The translations under genes and the position numbers were made by a program. The notes under the pieces were generated by a model, which worked only from the letters and a program-made list of their open reading frames with translations, searched no databases and was not told the DNA's origin. A DNA stretch of 53,520 bases from Pseudomonadota bacterium (GTDB lineage: Bacteria; Bdellovibrionota_B; Oligoflexia; Oligoflexales; CAIMVM01), in contig JBAXBA010000015.1 in assembly GCA_037142195.1 (NCBI GenBank), positions 1 through 53,520 on the forward strand, read 5' to 3'. Below, one piece after another: positions 19,347 to 27,988 of this stretch (the first letter of the stretch is position 1; each line of letters opens with the position of its first letter).

Positions 19347-19695
19347 GGCTCCTTCTGTTTATATTAGCTTGCTTTTATTTGACCTCAACGAAAATCATCT
19401 CACTCATCAATATGCTAACTTTGGTAGATAAGGAAATCAACCATCCATCTGGATAAGAAAACGCAAAAATCCAACCTATTGCATGCACAAAGTGTTGAAA
19501 TTAAGATCAACCACAGTCACAAAAGAAATGGATAAAAAGATCCTTAAAAGTCCCCCTATGAACAAATTTTTCTGCAGAATCTAGGAGACGTCAGAGATGT
19601 TTTACGAAATATTCGCATCAAGCATCCGAGCTCATAGTTAGCAAACAAGCCAGCTTTTGGAATCATACCAAAGCCGCTGAAACACGTCATTATTT

Positions 19696-19790
19696 TGACG
19701 GCTATTTATTTTTGGAGTTTTTCCAAGGACCCAACCAGCATCGATGAATTGGGAAATGACCAGCAAGTTTGCATAAGTTTCAAGTAGCGG
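19696..19790. repeat. Dispersed repeat, copy of 21291-21398, abutting the ATPase stop codon
   Basis: 19711-19758 matches 21306-21353 at 41/48 nt; the similarity extends on both sides with an indel. Confidence 0.75.
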
Positions 19791-20987
19791 CTATAGCTGA
19801 GTCCAGCTGTAAACCTGGGCATATTCCCTAGGGCTGGATTCATCTCCACCATAGATTAAGGCCATATGGTTGTTTTTGCCATCAAGATTCTTCCAATATT
19901 TTAGTCCCTGGAAATAGTCGTTTGTTAGGGTCTGACCTGATTTAAATTCATAGGCCCATAAGGTTTGAGCTTCCTCGACAATAAGGTCTACCTCATGACC
20001 GGCGGAGTCGCGCCAAAAATAGATTGGGGGAATGAAACCATGATTGAAGTATCCCTTCATAAATTCTGCAATAACAAAGGATTCGAAAATATGCCCTCTT
20101 AGGGGATGGAGTTCGAGCTGCTCTGGCGAGCGAATCCCCAACAGAAAGCAAAGGAGGCCACAGTCATAAAAGTAAATCTTAGGAGACTTGATCATTCGCT
20201 TATTAAAATTTTTATAATAGGGATTCAGTTGAAATGTCACAAAACTCGCGTTTAACACTGAAAGCCATCGCTTTGCCGTTGTGTGGGATACCCCAGCATC
20301 ATTTCCAAGCGAACTTAAATCCTGGAGTTGTCCTACTCTGCCGGCGGTCAACCGAATAAATCTCGCAAAAGAGTCAATATCAGCAATATTTAGAAGTCCC
20401 CTTATATCCCGCTCAAGGTAAGTTTGATAGTAGCTTTGAAGCCAAGTTTGTGGATCGAGATTTTGAGCATGGATCTTTGGATAGAAACCCAAAAAAATCG
20501 TTTCCCAAAGGGAAGCTGGTCTAGGTGGACGAATTTCTCGATCACTGAGGCCCTCTAAACAAACAGAACCCTTTTCTCCACAAAGCTCAGAAAAGCTGAG
20601 AGGAAGTAAATGATAAACTCCCGCTCGCCCTGCCAAGGATTGGTTTATGCTTTCCATCATGAGAAAGTTATTGGATCCAGTAAGAACAAATTCACCCATT
20701 GTGGCTTTTAGGTCGACCAAACTCTGCATATACGAAAGCAAGTTAGGAACTCGCTGTATTTCATCGAATATAACATGATGGTTCCACTTGCCTAAAAATC
20801 CTCGAGGATCTTCTATCGCTTCCTCTCTGACGTCTGGATCTTCAAGTGAAACATACCGAAAATGAGGGAGCAAATTCTTAAGTAGAGTCGTTTTTCCTGA
20901 TTGGCGAGGACCCGTCAAAACAATGATAGGAAACTGTGTAAGTCCAAATAAGATTTTATCCGATAACTCTCTGTTTATAATGGACAA
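19791..20987 (-). CDS. AAA_14 ATPase with DUF4143 C-terminal domain (HTH plus PD-(D/E)xK-like)
   Basis: GPRQSGKTT, IFDEIQ, LTGS, SLAGR, KSPKIYFYDCGL, YFWRD..GHEVDL...EFKSG. TTG start behind AAGGAG. Confidence 0.9.
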   Translation of the reverse strand: MSIINRELSDKILFGLTQFPIIVLTGPRQSGKTTLLKNLLPHFRYVSLEDPDVREEAIEDPRGFLGKWNHHVIFDEIQRVPNLLSYMQSLVDLKATMGEFVLTGSNNFLMMESINQSLAGRAGVYHLLPLSFSELCGEKGSVCLEGLSDREIRPPRPASLWETIFLGFYPKIHAQNLDPQTWLQSYYQTYLERDIRGLLNIADIDSFARFIRLTAGRVGQLQDLSSLGNDAGVSHTTAKRWLSVLNASFVTFQLNPYYKNFNKRMIKSPKIYFYDCGLLCFLLGIRSPEQLELHPLRGHIFESFVIAEFMKGYFNHGFIPPIYFWRDSAGHEVDLIVEEAQTLWAYEFKSGQTLTNDYFQGLKYWKNLDGKNNHMALIYGGDESSPREYAQVYSWTQL

Positions 20988-20996
20988 TCCGAACTC

Positions 20997-21058
20997 CTTG
21001 CAATATGAACATCTCATGTTCATATTGCAAGTATACTTCAATATCCTTGTCTTGTCAA
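20997..21058 (-). promoter_or_regulatory. Near-consensus sigma70 promoter with a perfect 16-bp inverted-repeat operator
   Basis: Minus strand TTGACA (21058-21053)-N17-TATACT (21035-21030); CTTGCAATATGAACAT-ctc-ATGTTCATATTGCAAG at 20997-21031. Confidence 0.8.
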
Positions 21059-21124
21059 AATGTTACTGCCCTGCATTGAAATCTATTGAAATGAGACGGC
21101 GCGCTTGCGCGACAGCCTTGTATT

Positions 21125-21398
21125 TTTAGTTAATTGTAGCGTTTCGAAGTGTTTTGAAGCCAAAGAGAGCTGTGGCTCGCTGTATCTTTCAGGCTGGGCG
21201 ATTTCAATTGATAGAAACTTAAATGCATCGCGGGCCGAAGAAATTTAGTTAAAACTGGGCCCTCTAGGTCCTCATTTAAGCTCAGAGAGATGATGGCTTT
21301 GGATCTTTGGAGTTTTTCCAAAGACCAAACTGGCATCGATGAAGTGGATAATGCAACTTCAGCATGCATGCGCAAGTTTAATTAAGTTCATTTAGCGG
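21125..21398. repeat. Approx. 270-bp segment whose two ends are separately duplicated at 16949-16989 and 19696-19790
   Basis: Direct alignment by eye, as described for the two copies. Confidence 0.65.
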
Positions 21399-21490
21399 AG
21401 GATTCTTTTATTAAAGTCATAGAAGGCCAGACTTTACATAAAGCTCCGCCAAGGGCAGCATTGTCAATCATCTATGGTGGTCCTTCTTAC

Positions 21491-21854
21491 TTACAATTTC
21501 TCAATGGAACCAAACTCAGAAAGCTCCTCCTGACAGCTTTGAGGAGCCTCACATGGAGGTTCGTGTGCTATACCTGGGTGATTTAGAAAACGGGCTACTT
21601 CACTGCAGTTGATTATGGCGGCTGCGATAGCCATTCTCGCCTCGCAATGCTGACACTGAAACGCCTCGTTTAGAAAGAAACCAGCCAGCATTCTACTCCA
21701 GCTAGAATTTTTAAGGAGACTTTTATCTTGGCATACGCTTTTGAAGGACCTGCCTTTTTTGTCGCCTGGCTTTAGGGCTCACTTTTTTTCGGTTAGAGAA
21801 TTTAGGCGCATAGACCAGGCTCCATCTGACTCAATAGGACTTCGGTGGAGAAAT
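21491..21854 (-). mobile_element. IS91-family (Y2/HUH rolling-circle) transposase C-terminal remnant
   Basis: Minus strand reads ISPPKSY*VRWSLVYAPKF.., a frameshift, then KNSSWSRMLAGFF...FQCQHCEARMAIAAAII...VARFLNHPGIAHEPP. This fits the IS91-like P.P..H.VR..G..AP and W..ML..VF.....C..C...M.....I.......I...L.H tail. Confidence 0.65.
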
Positions 21855-21968
21855 GATTTGTCTCTTAACCTCAGTTTCTGGACTTTGGAGATAAAAATAA
21901 TAGGTTTTTTGGCAAGTAACAGATTAAAATAGAGTGGGTCTTTCTAAAATTTAACGAGTGGAGTGAAC

Positions 21969-22316
21969 ATGAAAAGTTTAATTTTATCGGGAATGTTTTT
22001 GATGTCGCAATTAGTTCTAGCTCAGGAACCCTCAACTGCAGATAAGAAGGTTGAAGCCGGAACAGAGATGAAAAACGAAGGCAAGAAACCAAAACATGAC
22101 GAGAAAATGGCAGTTCTATCAGGCCCTGAGTGTTCTAAGGTTTCTGAGGCATGCAAAGCAGCTGGTTTTGAACCGGGTGAGCACAAAAAAACTGGAAAAG
22201 GACTGATTATGGACTGTCTAAAGCCTCTTGCAAAAGGCAAGGTTGTTCAAGGTGTGACGGCAACCAAGGAAGAGGCAAAGGTATGTTTGAAGGCATTTAA
22301 AGCTGCCAAAAAATAG
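21969..22316 (+). CDS. Small secreted Lys-rich protein with four Cys
   Basis: GGAG SD, signal peptide ending VLA, CSKVSEACKAAGF...GKGLIMDCLKP...C. Confidence 0.8.
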   Translation: MKSLILSGMFLMSQLVLAQEPSTADKKVEAGTEMKNEGKKPKHDEKMAVLSGPECSKVSEACKAAGFEPGEHKKTGKGLIMDCLKPLAKGKVVQGVTATKEEAKVCLKAFKAAKK

Positions 22317-22348
22317 AATCTTCGGACTCAATACTTTTTTGATGATAT

Positions 22349-22380
22349 AGCAGTAGGGTGGCAATCCCCTGCTGCTTTAT
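22349..22380 (+). terminator. Probable intrinsic terminator
   Basis: AGCAGTAGGG...CCCTGCTGCT stem (one G-U pair) followed by TTATT. Confidence 0.55.
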
Positions 22381-22562
22381 TCCTTAGAGAAATCTATCAT
22401 TTGGATCCTTCGAACTCTATTTGACTTGCCAAAAGAAAGTCATTGCTAGGGTTGCAGACTCCACCTTTCGTTTGGCACAACATGAGGACTTTAAGAGCAC
22501 CCGACCCTCAAAGGTAAGATGCTGACTTCATGGCAAAATACCCCGCCCGCCAACCGAAATTC

Positions 22563-22589
22563 TCATCTTTCTTTCGCTACAGCCGAAAT
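22563..22589 (+). promoter_or_regulatory. Possible FliA/sigma28-type promoter of the GAF gene
   Basis: TCAT-N15-GCCGAAAT compared with consensus TAAA-N15-GCCGATAA; the -35 match is weak. Confidence 0.3.
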
Positions 22590-22644
22590 ACTAACATCAC
22601 AGCCATTTGCTGTTCGCTAGATTACATTCTCTGAGGTTTAGTGG

Positions 22645-25065
22645 ATGAAAAATAAGACTACTCCTGATGAAATGCGAGCGCTCAGTCTGAATGAAGCGAT
22701 CGATCTAGATGCTGGCAGACATCTGCCATTTAGCGTTAGGCTCTCATTTGGACTGCTGGCCCGCTATGCCCAAGGACTCACGGCAGCGGCAGAAAATCAC
22801 CATCAGAAGTCTTTCCTAGACTCCATTTGCCTTGCGATTGAGGAAAACCCAGAGATTATGCGCCCCATTATCGACCCCAAAACCCTGCACAAAAATCGTG
22901 ATTTAATCCTTGCCCTGATGAGCCTCGTGGTGACGCAGTTCAGCGCAGAAAGCGAGAGCGTTGCTGCCATTATTCCATTTGTGCCAGTTGGATTCCTAGC
23001 AAGCTCGCAATTTATGAACACTTTTTTAAGTAAAGAGAATCACTCGTTCAGAGGTAGACCGTATGGAAAGGGAGACAACTTCTCAGAGTTTCGCCTGAGT
23101 GCTCACGCCCTGATTTTTGAAAATATTTTCGGCCTATCCTCTCGGAATGCGCAGTTTCGCGAAATGTTGTACGAGGTCGATGATCCGGCAACGGGCCTGT
23201 CTTCGGTCCATGTCTTTCGCATGAACCGTAAGTTCGTAGATGTGGTTCCCCATGCTGGTTTTGTGCTTCCTTCGGGCGAGGCTCTAGCAAATGTGTGGAG
23301 TCGATTTCGAGATGGTGAAGATGTCAGCGATGTCTTTCCACTCGCAAAATTTTCATTCGAAGGGATATCCGTTGCCCGCACAATAGACGTGACAGTAAGA
23401 GAAACACTGTCTCGAATGAAAGAAACGATTATTGACAAAGAATCGGTAACCTCCCGAAAGCAATTTCATGAACTGGAAAGCGGATTTCAAAAAATTCTCC
23501 ATGAGCCGTCTCTCTGCATGTCACTCGTCTATGTCTTTGATGGACGCTATTTTAGGGTCTGCTCCCGGATGTCTCCCCAGGGCGATCGGATTTTAGAGAC
23601 TGAACTCGACTTCACAGAAGCAGACGAAAAGGATGGCCCCTATGCGGCTGCGGTCTGCTCGTCAAAAGCAGTCATTCTGAGCGATCTTACTGAAAGCCCA
23701 TTTCACTCAAAAGCGGTCGATCAAATGATAGAAAAGGGCGTAAAAGGTCTCCATGTTTCTCCCCTTATCCTGCAAGGAAGTTGTATCGGATTTATTGAAC
23801 TTTTTTCTATGTACCCGGTCAACTTTGCCCAATGGAATCATGACGCACTCGCTGAAGTACAAATGCTCGTGGCCCTTGCCTTACATCGTGCCATCTCAGA
23901 AACCAATTCAGAGCTTGATAGAATCATCAAACAGAATTGCACTTCTGTTCACCCTTGCGTCGAGTGGGTCTTCAAACGAGCTGCTTTTGACTATTATCAG
24001 AGCGTTCGCCGCGAGGAAGAAACAGAAATGCCACTGATTGAGTTTCACAATATCTTTCCCTTGTTTGGGTCATCAGACATTCGCGGAAGCTCGCTACTCC
24101 GAAAAAAATCAATTGCAGCAGACCTAGGCGCCCAAATGCGGCATGCTTGCAACATCTTTCATCAGGCATTAGGTCTCGCAGATGCACCATGGATCGCCAG
24201 CTTGGCGCACACACTTGAAAGACACATTCAAACAATTGGACTCGATATTTCGGCAGGACAGGAAATCTCCATGTTGGAATTTATTCGCAAGGAATGCGAG
24301 CCCGCTTTATCCGCCGTCGCAAAAATTGTCCCTTCACTTGAAAAAGAAACAACGGAATATTTTGAATCTGTTCAAAATACCCACCGCTCTCTTTACTCGG
24401 CGCGCGCACGCTATGAACGCAGCGTCCGGGCACTGAACACTGCCCTAACCAGCGAAATTGATGTACGCAACAGTCGGGCTCAAAAAGTTTTCCCCCATAT
24501 ATTCGAGCGCCATGCCACTGATGGCGTTGAACACAGCATCTACATTGGCGACGAGATAAGCGAAGCAAGGGGCTTTTCGTCGCACTTCCACCTTCGTAAT
24601 ATCCGTCTTTGGCAACTTATCACAATGGCGGAGTCTGCAGCCATCGCCCATCGGCTACGTCCTACTTTAGAAGTGGATCTCGAGCTAGCCCATTTGATTG
24701 TTGTTCAGAATGTGCCCATTACACTGAAATTCTTTTTTGACGAAAAGAGATTTGACGTCGATGGCGCCTACAACACCCGATATGAGATCATCAAAAAGCG
24801 GCTCGACAAGTCCCACGTAAAGGGAACCGGCGAGCGTCTGACACAAACAGGGAGTCTTGCTATCGTATTTAGCCAAGAAGCTGAGCGCATCGAATACTTG
24901 GAATATTTAAGTCACCTCACTGAGCTCGGAATGTTTGAGAATGTCATTGAGGAATTGGAAGTTGATGATCTCCAAGGTGTGACTGGACTGCAGGCTCTGC
25001 GTGTTCGTTTCGACGAAGAATTTTTGCGCGGCAGATCCTTAAAAACGTCGCTACGAGTTGCCTGA
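22645..25065 (+). CDS. Large GAF-domain protein with a conserved C-terminal region of unknown function
   Basis: Central GAF-like segment (GVKGLHVSPLI...CIGFIELFS); C-terminal motifs PLFGSSDIRGSS, FERHATDGVEHSIYIG, FDVDGAYNTRYEIIKKRLDK. Confidence 0.75.
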   Translation: MKNKTTPDEMRALSLNEAIDLDAGRHLPFSVRLSFGLLARYAQGLTAAAENHHQKSFLDSICLAIEENPEIMRPIIDPKTLHKNRDLILALMSLVVTQFSAESESVAAIIPFVPVGFLASSQFMNTFLSKENHSFRGRPYGKGDNFSEFRLSAHALIFENIFGLSSRNAQFREMLYEVDDPATGLSSVHVFRMNRKFVDVVPHAGFVLPSGEALANVWSRFRDGEDVSDVFPLAKFSFEGISVARTIDVTVRETLSRMKETIIDKESVTSRKQFHELESGFQKILHEPSLCMSLVYVFDGRYFRVCSRMSPQGDRILETELDFTEADEKDGPYAAAVCSSKAVILSDLTESPFHSKAVDQMIEKGVKGLHVSPLILQGSCIGFIELFSMYPVNFAQWNHDALAEVQMLVALALHRAISETNSELDRIIKQNCTSVHPCVEWVFKRAAFDYYQSVRREEETEMPLIEFHNIFPLFGSSDIRGSSLLRKKSIAADLGAQMRHACNIFHQALGLADAPWIASLAHTLERHIQTIGLDISAGQEISMLEFIRKECEPALSAVAKIVPSLEKETTEYFESVQNTHRSLYSARARYERSVRALNTALTSEIDVRNSRAQKVFPHIFERHATDGVEHSIYIGDEISEARGFSSHFHLRNIRLWQLITMAESAAIAHRLRPTLEVDLELAHLIVVQNVPITLKFFFDEKRFDVDGAYNTRYEIIKKRLDKSHVKGTGERLTQTGSLAIVFSQEAERIEYLEYLSHLTELGMFENVIEELEVDDLQGVTGLQALRVRFDEEFLRGRSLKTSLRVA

Positions 25066-25153
25066 CCTTTTTTCTGATGAAACAGGATCTTACCGGCACT
25101 CTAAGCAAACCACCAACACTGGGCTCTTTATTTACATGCCTGCTACTTAGGCT

Positions 25154-26071
25154 TTAAGGAAGATAAGGCTTCATCTTAAGCTCAGCCACACCCTTCATCC
25201 ACCCCCAGAGCAGCTCCGCTTCCTTTTTAGAAATGCTGGTTTGAGCTGGCATCATAAGGCCTCGCTTGATGGCATCAAATTTCGGGTATTTTACATGCAA
25301 AAAAATATTCTCAGGATTCTTTTGCTTATACACGGGAAGGGGATCCACAAAGTCCCACCCATAGGAAGCTCCCACATGGCGGACTCCGTGGCAATACTGG
25401 CAGCGTTGCTTAAAAACACCAAGACCTGCTTCGGTAAGTGGATCATTGGCCACTAAAAACTGATGGAAATAGGCTGTTTCATTTACAAACTCGATTCCGG
25501 TCAAACTAGACACATAGGCCCATGGAGTGAACTCTCCTTTTTCGTGGGGATTCACCATAGGGTGCCACGACTTAGAAACCACCCACTTATTACCTACAAA
25601 CTTTAAAGGTCGAGGATCTTTAAACTCTTTATCTTTGGGTAGCTCCGGAAAGTCACTCACCCACTTTTTCTGAACCTGAATCTGACGGGCGATATAGGCA
25701 TCCACTGTATTAAGATCTGCAAGGGAAAGTGGAACACTCATACCATTATCAAAATGCAATAAAAGCAGATTTGCAGAAGAAGGAAGGTCTTTAAAGTCAG
25801 CAACTAATTGGCTTAAGGCGACGCCCCGATAAGTTACCTTCTTTCCGTATTGCAAATCAAACTTTTGAACGCCCACCTTGGAAGCCACTTCATCCAAAGA
25901 AATCAATTTCTTGGAAGAATCTTGACCAAAGTGTCCATCTGTATAATCGCCCGGCTTTCTCACCCACATTTCTATTTGGCTACCGCTCTTCGCCTCAGCA
26001 CCTAGGCCTACGCTGTTTGCCCCCAAAAAAGCCACATAGATCAAGGCTCCAAATACTCTGATCACTTCCAT
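25154..26071 (-). CDS. Exported mono-heme c-type cytochrome with an extra N-terminal domain
   Basis: Signal peptide, G..VF...CQYCHG heme motif, distal MMP candidate Met ligand. Confidence 0.8.
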   Translation of the reverse strand: MEVIRVFGALIYVAFLGANSVGLGAEAKSGSQIEMWVRKPGDYTDGHFGQDSSKKLISLDEVASKVGVQKFDLQYGKKVTYRGVALSQLVADFKDLPSSANLLLLHFDNGMSVPLSLADLNTVDAYIARQIQVQKKWVSDFPELPKDKEFKDPRPLKFVGNKWVVSKSWHPMVNPHEKGEFTPWAYVSSLTGIEFVNETAYFHQFLVANDPLTEAGLGVFKQRCQYCHGVRHVGASYGWDFVDPLPVYKQKNPENIFLHVKYPKFDAIKRGLMMPAQTSISKKEAELLWGWMKGVAELKMKPYLP

Positions 26072-26261
26072 CTCCTCATGAACATACTGAGATCTTCTGA
26101 CTCAATAGAAGTCTAATCAGTATGTACATGAATGTCAAAATAGAGCGCGACTAGGAACAGTGAAGCCCTTCTCTCATACTAGAAAATATATGTAGGAAAT
26201 TTCCTGGGAAATCTACCGAACGAAGTAGAATAAGCCCCATAGACTTCGTGAGAAATCTTCA

Positions 26262-26305
26262 AAAATAAAAGACCCCTTAGCTGCCTTCAAAAACAACTGG
26301 GGTCT
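26262..26305 (-). terminator. Probable terminator of the hemF-ccm operon
   Basis: AGACCCC...GGGGTCT stem at 26270-26305 followed on the minus strand by TTTATTTTT. Confidence 0.55.
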
Positions 26306-26344
26306 AAAAAAACTGAAAAAAAGGATAAAAATCAGTAGTGGAAA

Positions 26345-26542
26345 TCATTTTCTGCAGCGATGCCCGGGCTTTAAAATGTCACCGCAATCTGGGCAAAGAT
26401 CCACGACGTTGTCAGGCGTATTTACTTTCCAAGTATTTCGCTGGGAGCTTGGTTGGTCACCAGAAGATAACCCTCTCAGAAAGCCCAATAAAATCTTAAA
26501 AAGGGAATAAAAGAAAATGGCATAGAGCAGACTTTTAATCAA
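26345..26542 (-). CDS. Small membrane-anchored protein with a C-terminal CxxC...HxC zinc-ribbon-like motif
   Basis: N-terminal TM helix, DLCPDCG...HRC; TTGA overlap with the upstream gene. Confidence 0.65.
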   Translation of the reverse strand: MIKSLLYAIFFYSLFKILLGFLRGLSSGDQPSSQRNTWKVNTPDNVVDLCPDCGDILKPGHRCRK

Positions 26543-27222
26543 ATCTTCACCTCATCACCCAGAGTTGACTCTCTCGTTTTATAAAATAAAAGTACAGAAA
26601 GACCAATAAGCAGACCTGCTGTCACGCTCCCTAAGATCCAAAACCAACTGCGTCCTTCAGGAAGCCCGGAATAACTTAAAATGACCTTGGAACCTGACTT
26701 GATCACATCTTTGGAAGCAATACCTGACTTAAAGTTTACTTCTTCATTACCATTTAAGGAGATTTTCTCAAAGTTAGGGCTTGTCAATTCGAGTCCCACA
26801 GATTGGCTGATGACTCTTAGTTCTAAGACATCGGCTGGAAAATCAAGGGTGAGTTGACCATTCGTGTTGGGAGACTTCGCAATAAAGTAGACTCCAATAA
26901 GATTAAATCCTGGATTAAACTCCTTATCCACATAGATCCCTCCATCTGGACCGAGGGAAATATCTTTAGCTTCCAACCCTTCTGCAGGAGCGAAATCTGC
27001 CACCTCTTTAGGGAGTAACAATCTAAACTTGAGGGCTTCTGGTTTTTCCTCGGTGACGTTTACGGCAAAATAGTAAGTGCCGATGATTTCACCCATGCCT
27101 GCTCGCAATAAAAACATATGTCTGGTGCCGGTATTCACTTCGGCACTGGCTCCGCCTGCGATCACAAGTCCTAGAGCCATCCATGAAAGGAAACTTAAAA
27201 TCCTAGTCCCTAAAGATATCAC
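26539..27222 (-). CDS. Exported protein with a C-terminal membrane anchor in the ccm operon
   Basis: Signal peptide (ASA), beta-rich middle, GLP followed by a TM helix and basic residues; GTGA overlap. Confidence 0.75.
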   Translation of the reverse strand: MISLGTRILSFLSWMALGLVIAGGASAEVNTGTRHMFLLRAGMGEIIGTYYFAVNVTEEKPEALKFRLLLPKEVADFAPAEGLEAKDISLGPDGGIYVDKEFNPGFNLIGVYFIAKSPNTNGQLTLDFPADVLELRVISQSVGLELTSPNFEKISLNGNEEVNFKSGIASKDVIKSGSKVILSYSGLPEGRSWFWILGSVTAGLLIGLSVLLFYKTRESTLGDEVKI

Positions 27223-27503
27223 TTTTCACCTCTAATAAAATCAAGGCGCCGAGCAGTGTCCAGAAACCTATTAGTGAGCAGCTCTTTGCGCATCTCCCAT
27301 TCGCGGCTAGAAATCTCTTGCTTTAAAAAGGCGGCTTCATCTTTGGACCAGCGTCTTGCAATAAGAAGTTTTGCGTCTTCTAAAACTTTAGGATCATCCT
27401 CCGTCGCTGCCGCCGCCAGAATCCCCCCTGGACCCCAAAAAAAAGGCAAAACCACCGCTAAAACAGCCAACAAGGAAACAAAAATTGCTAAGGTTTTTTC
27501 CAT
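27219..27503 (-). CDS. Small membrane protein resembling the CcmI N-terminal part
   Basis: TM helix ending LPFF, then a helical segment D.AFLKQEISSREWE.RKELL similar to the CcmI D...G.I...EY motif; TAATG overlap with ccmH. Confidence 0.55.
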   Translation of the reverse strand: MEKTLAIFVSLLAVLAVVLPFFWGPGGILAAAATEDDPKVLEDAKLLIARRWSKDEAAFLKQEISSREWEMRKELLTNRFLDTARRLDFIRGEK

Positions 27504-27988
27504 TACGTTCCTGCCTTCTCGCTTGCGATCATCCTATCCATTTCAGAAAGAATGTCTGCGGTTGACCTAATACTTTTTGACTTTGCTGTAATGCGACGTC
27601 TCCAAACAAAGAACCATAAGAGAAAGGGACCTAATATCATAGCAGACAGAGGAAGAGCCCACGCAAGCAGGTGAAAGCCTTTTTTGGGCGGTTCGCGAAG
27701 GATCCAAAGTCCATAGCGTTCGGTAAAAAAGCTCATGATTTCGGCCTTGTTTTTACCGGCTAAAACTTGCTCTTTCACGGCTGTTTTCATCTGTATGGAA
27801 AACTGTGCGTCGGATTCCAAGATAGAAAGACCTGTACAAGTTGGGCAGCGCAAGTCTTTTGAAACTTCGCGAAATTCTATCTTTTGCTCGGGAGTCAAAT
27901 CTTCCTCTAACGCCGTTGCGAGGCCTAAAGAGGTCCACCCTAAGGAACTCCATAAAGTTACCATCACTAGAAACATCCACTGTATCAT
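27503..27988 (-). CDS. ccmH: Cytochrome c biogenesis protein CcmH
   Basis: LRCPTC motif, ESDA, ERYG..IL.EPP, C-terminal TM helix. Start set at the ATGA overlap with the ccmF stop. Confidence 0.88.
   Translation of the reverse strand: MIQWMFLVMVTLWSSLGWTSLGLATALEEDLTPEQKIEFREVSKDLRCPTCTGLSILESDAQFSIQMKTAVKEQVLAGKNKAEIMSFFTERYGLWILREPPKKGFHLLAWALPLSAMILGPFLLWFFVWRRRITAKSKSIRSTADILSEMDRMIASEKAGT

Noticed and set aside
21130..21375. 81-aa minus-strand ORF
   Set aside because: It lies entirely within the degenerate repeat element and has no SD or recognisable motif.
16949..21398. Integron cassette array (attC sites)
   Set aside because: The repeats lack paired RYYYAAC/GTTRRRY boxes with an internal palindrome, genes are in mixed orientation, and no integrase is present.
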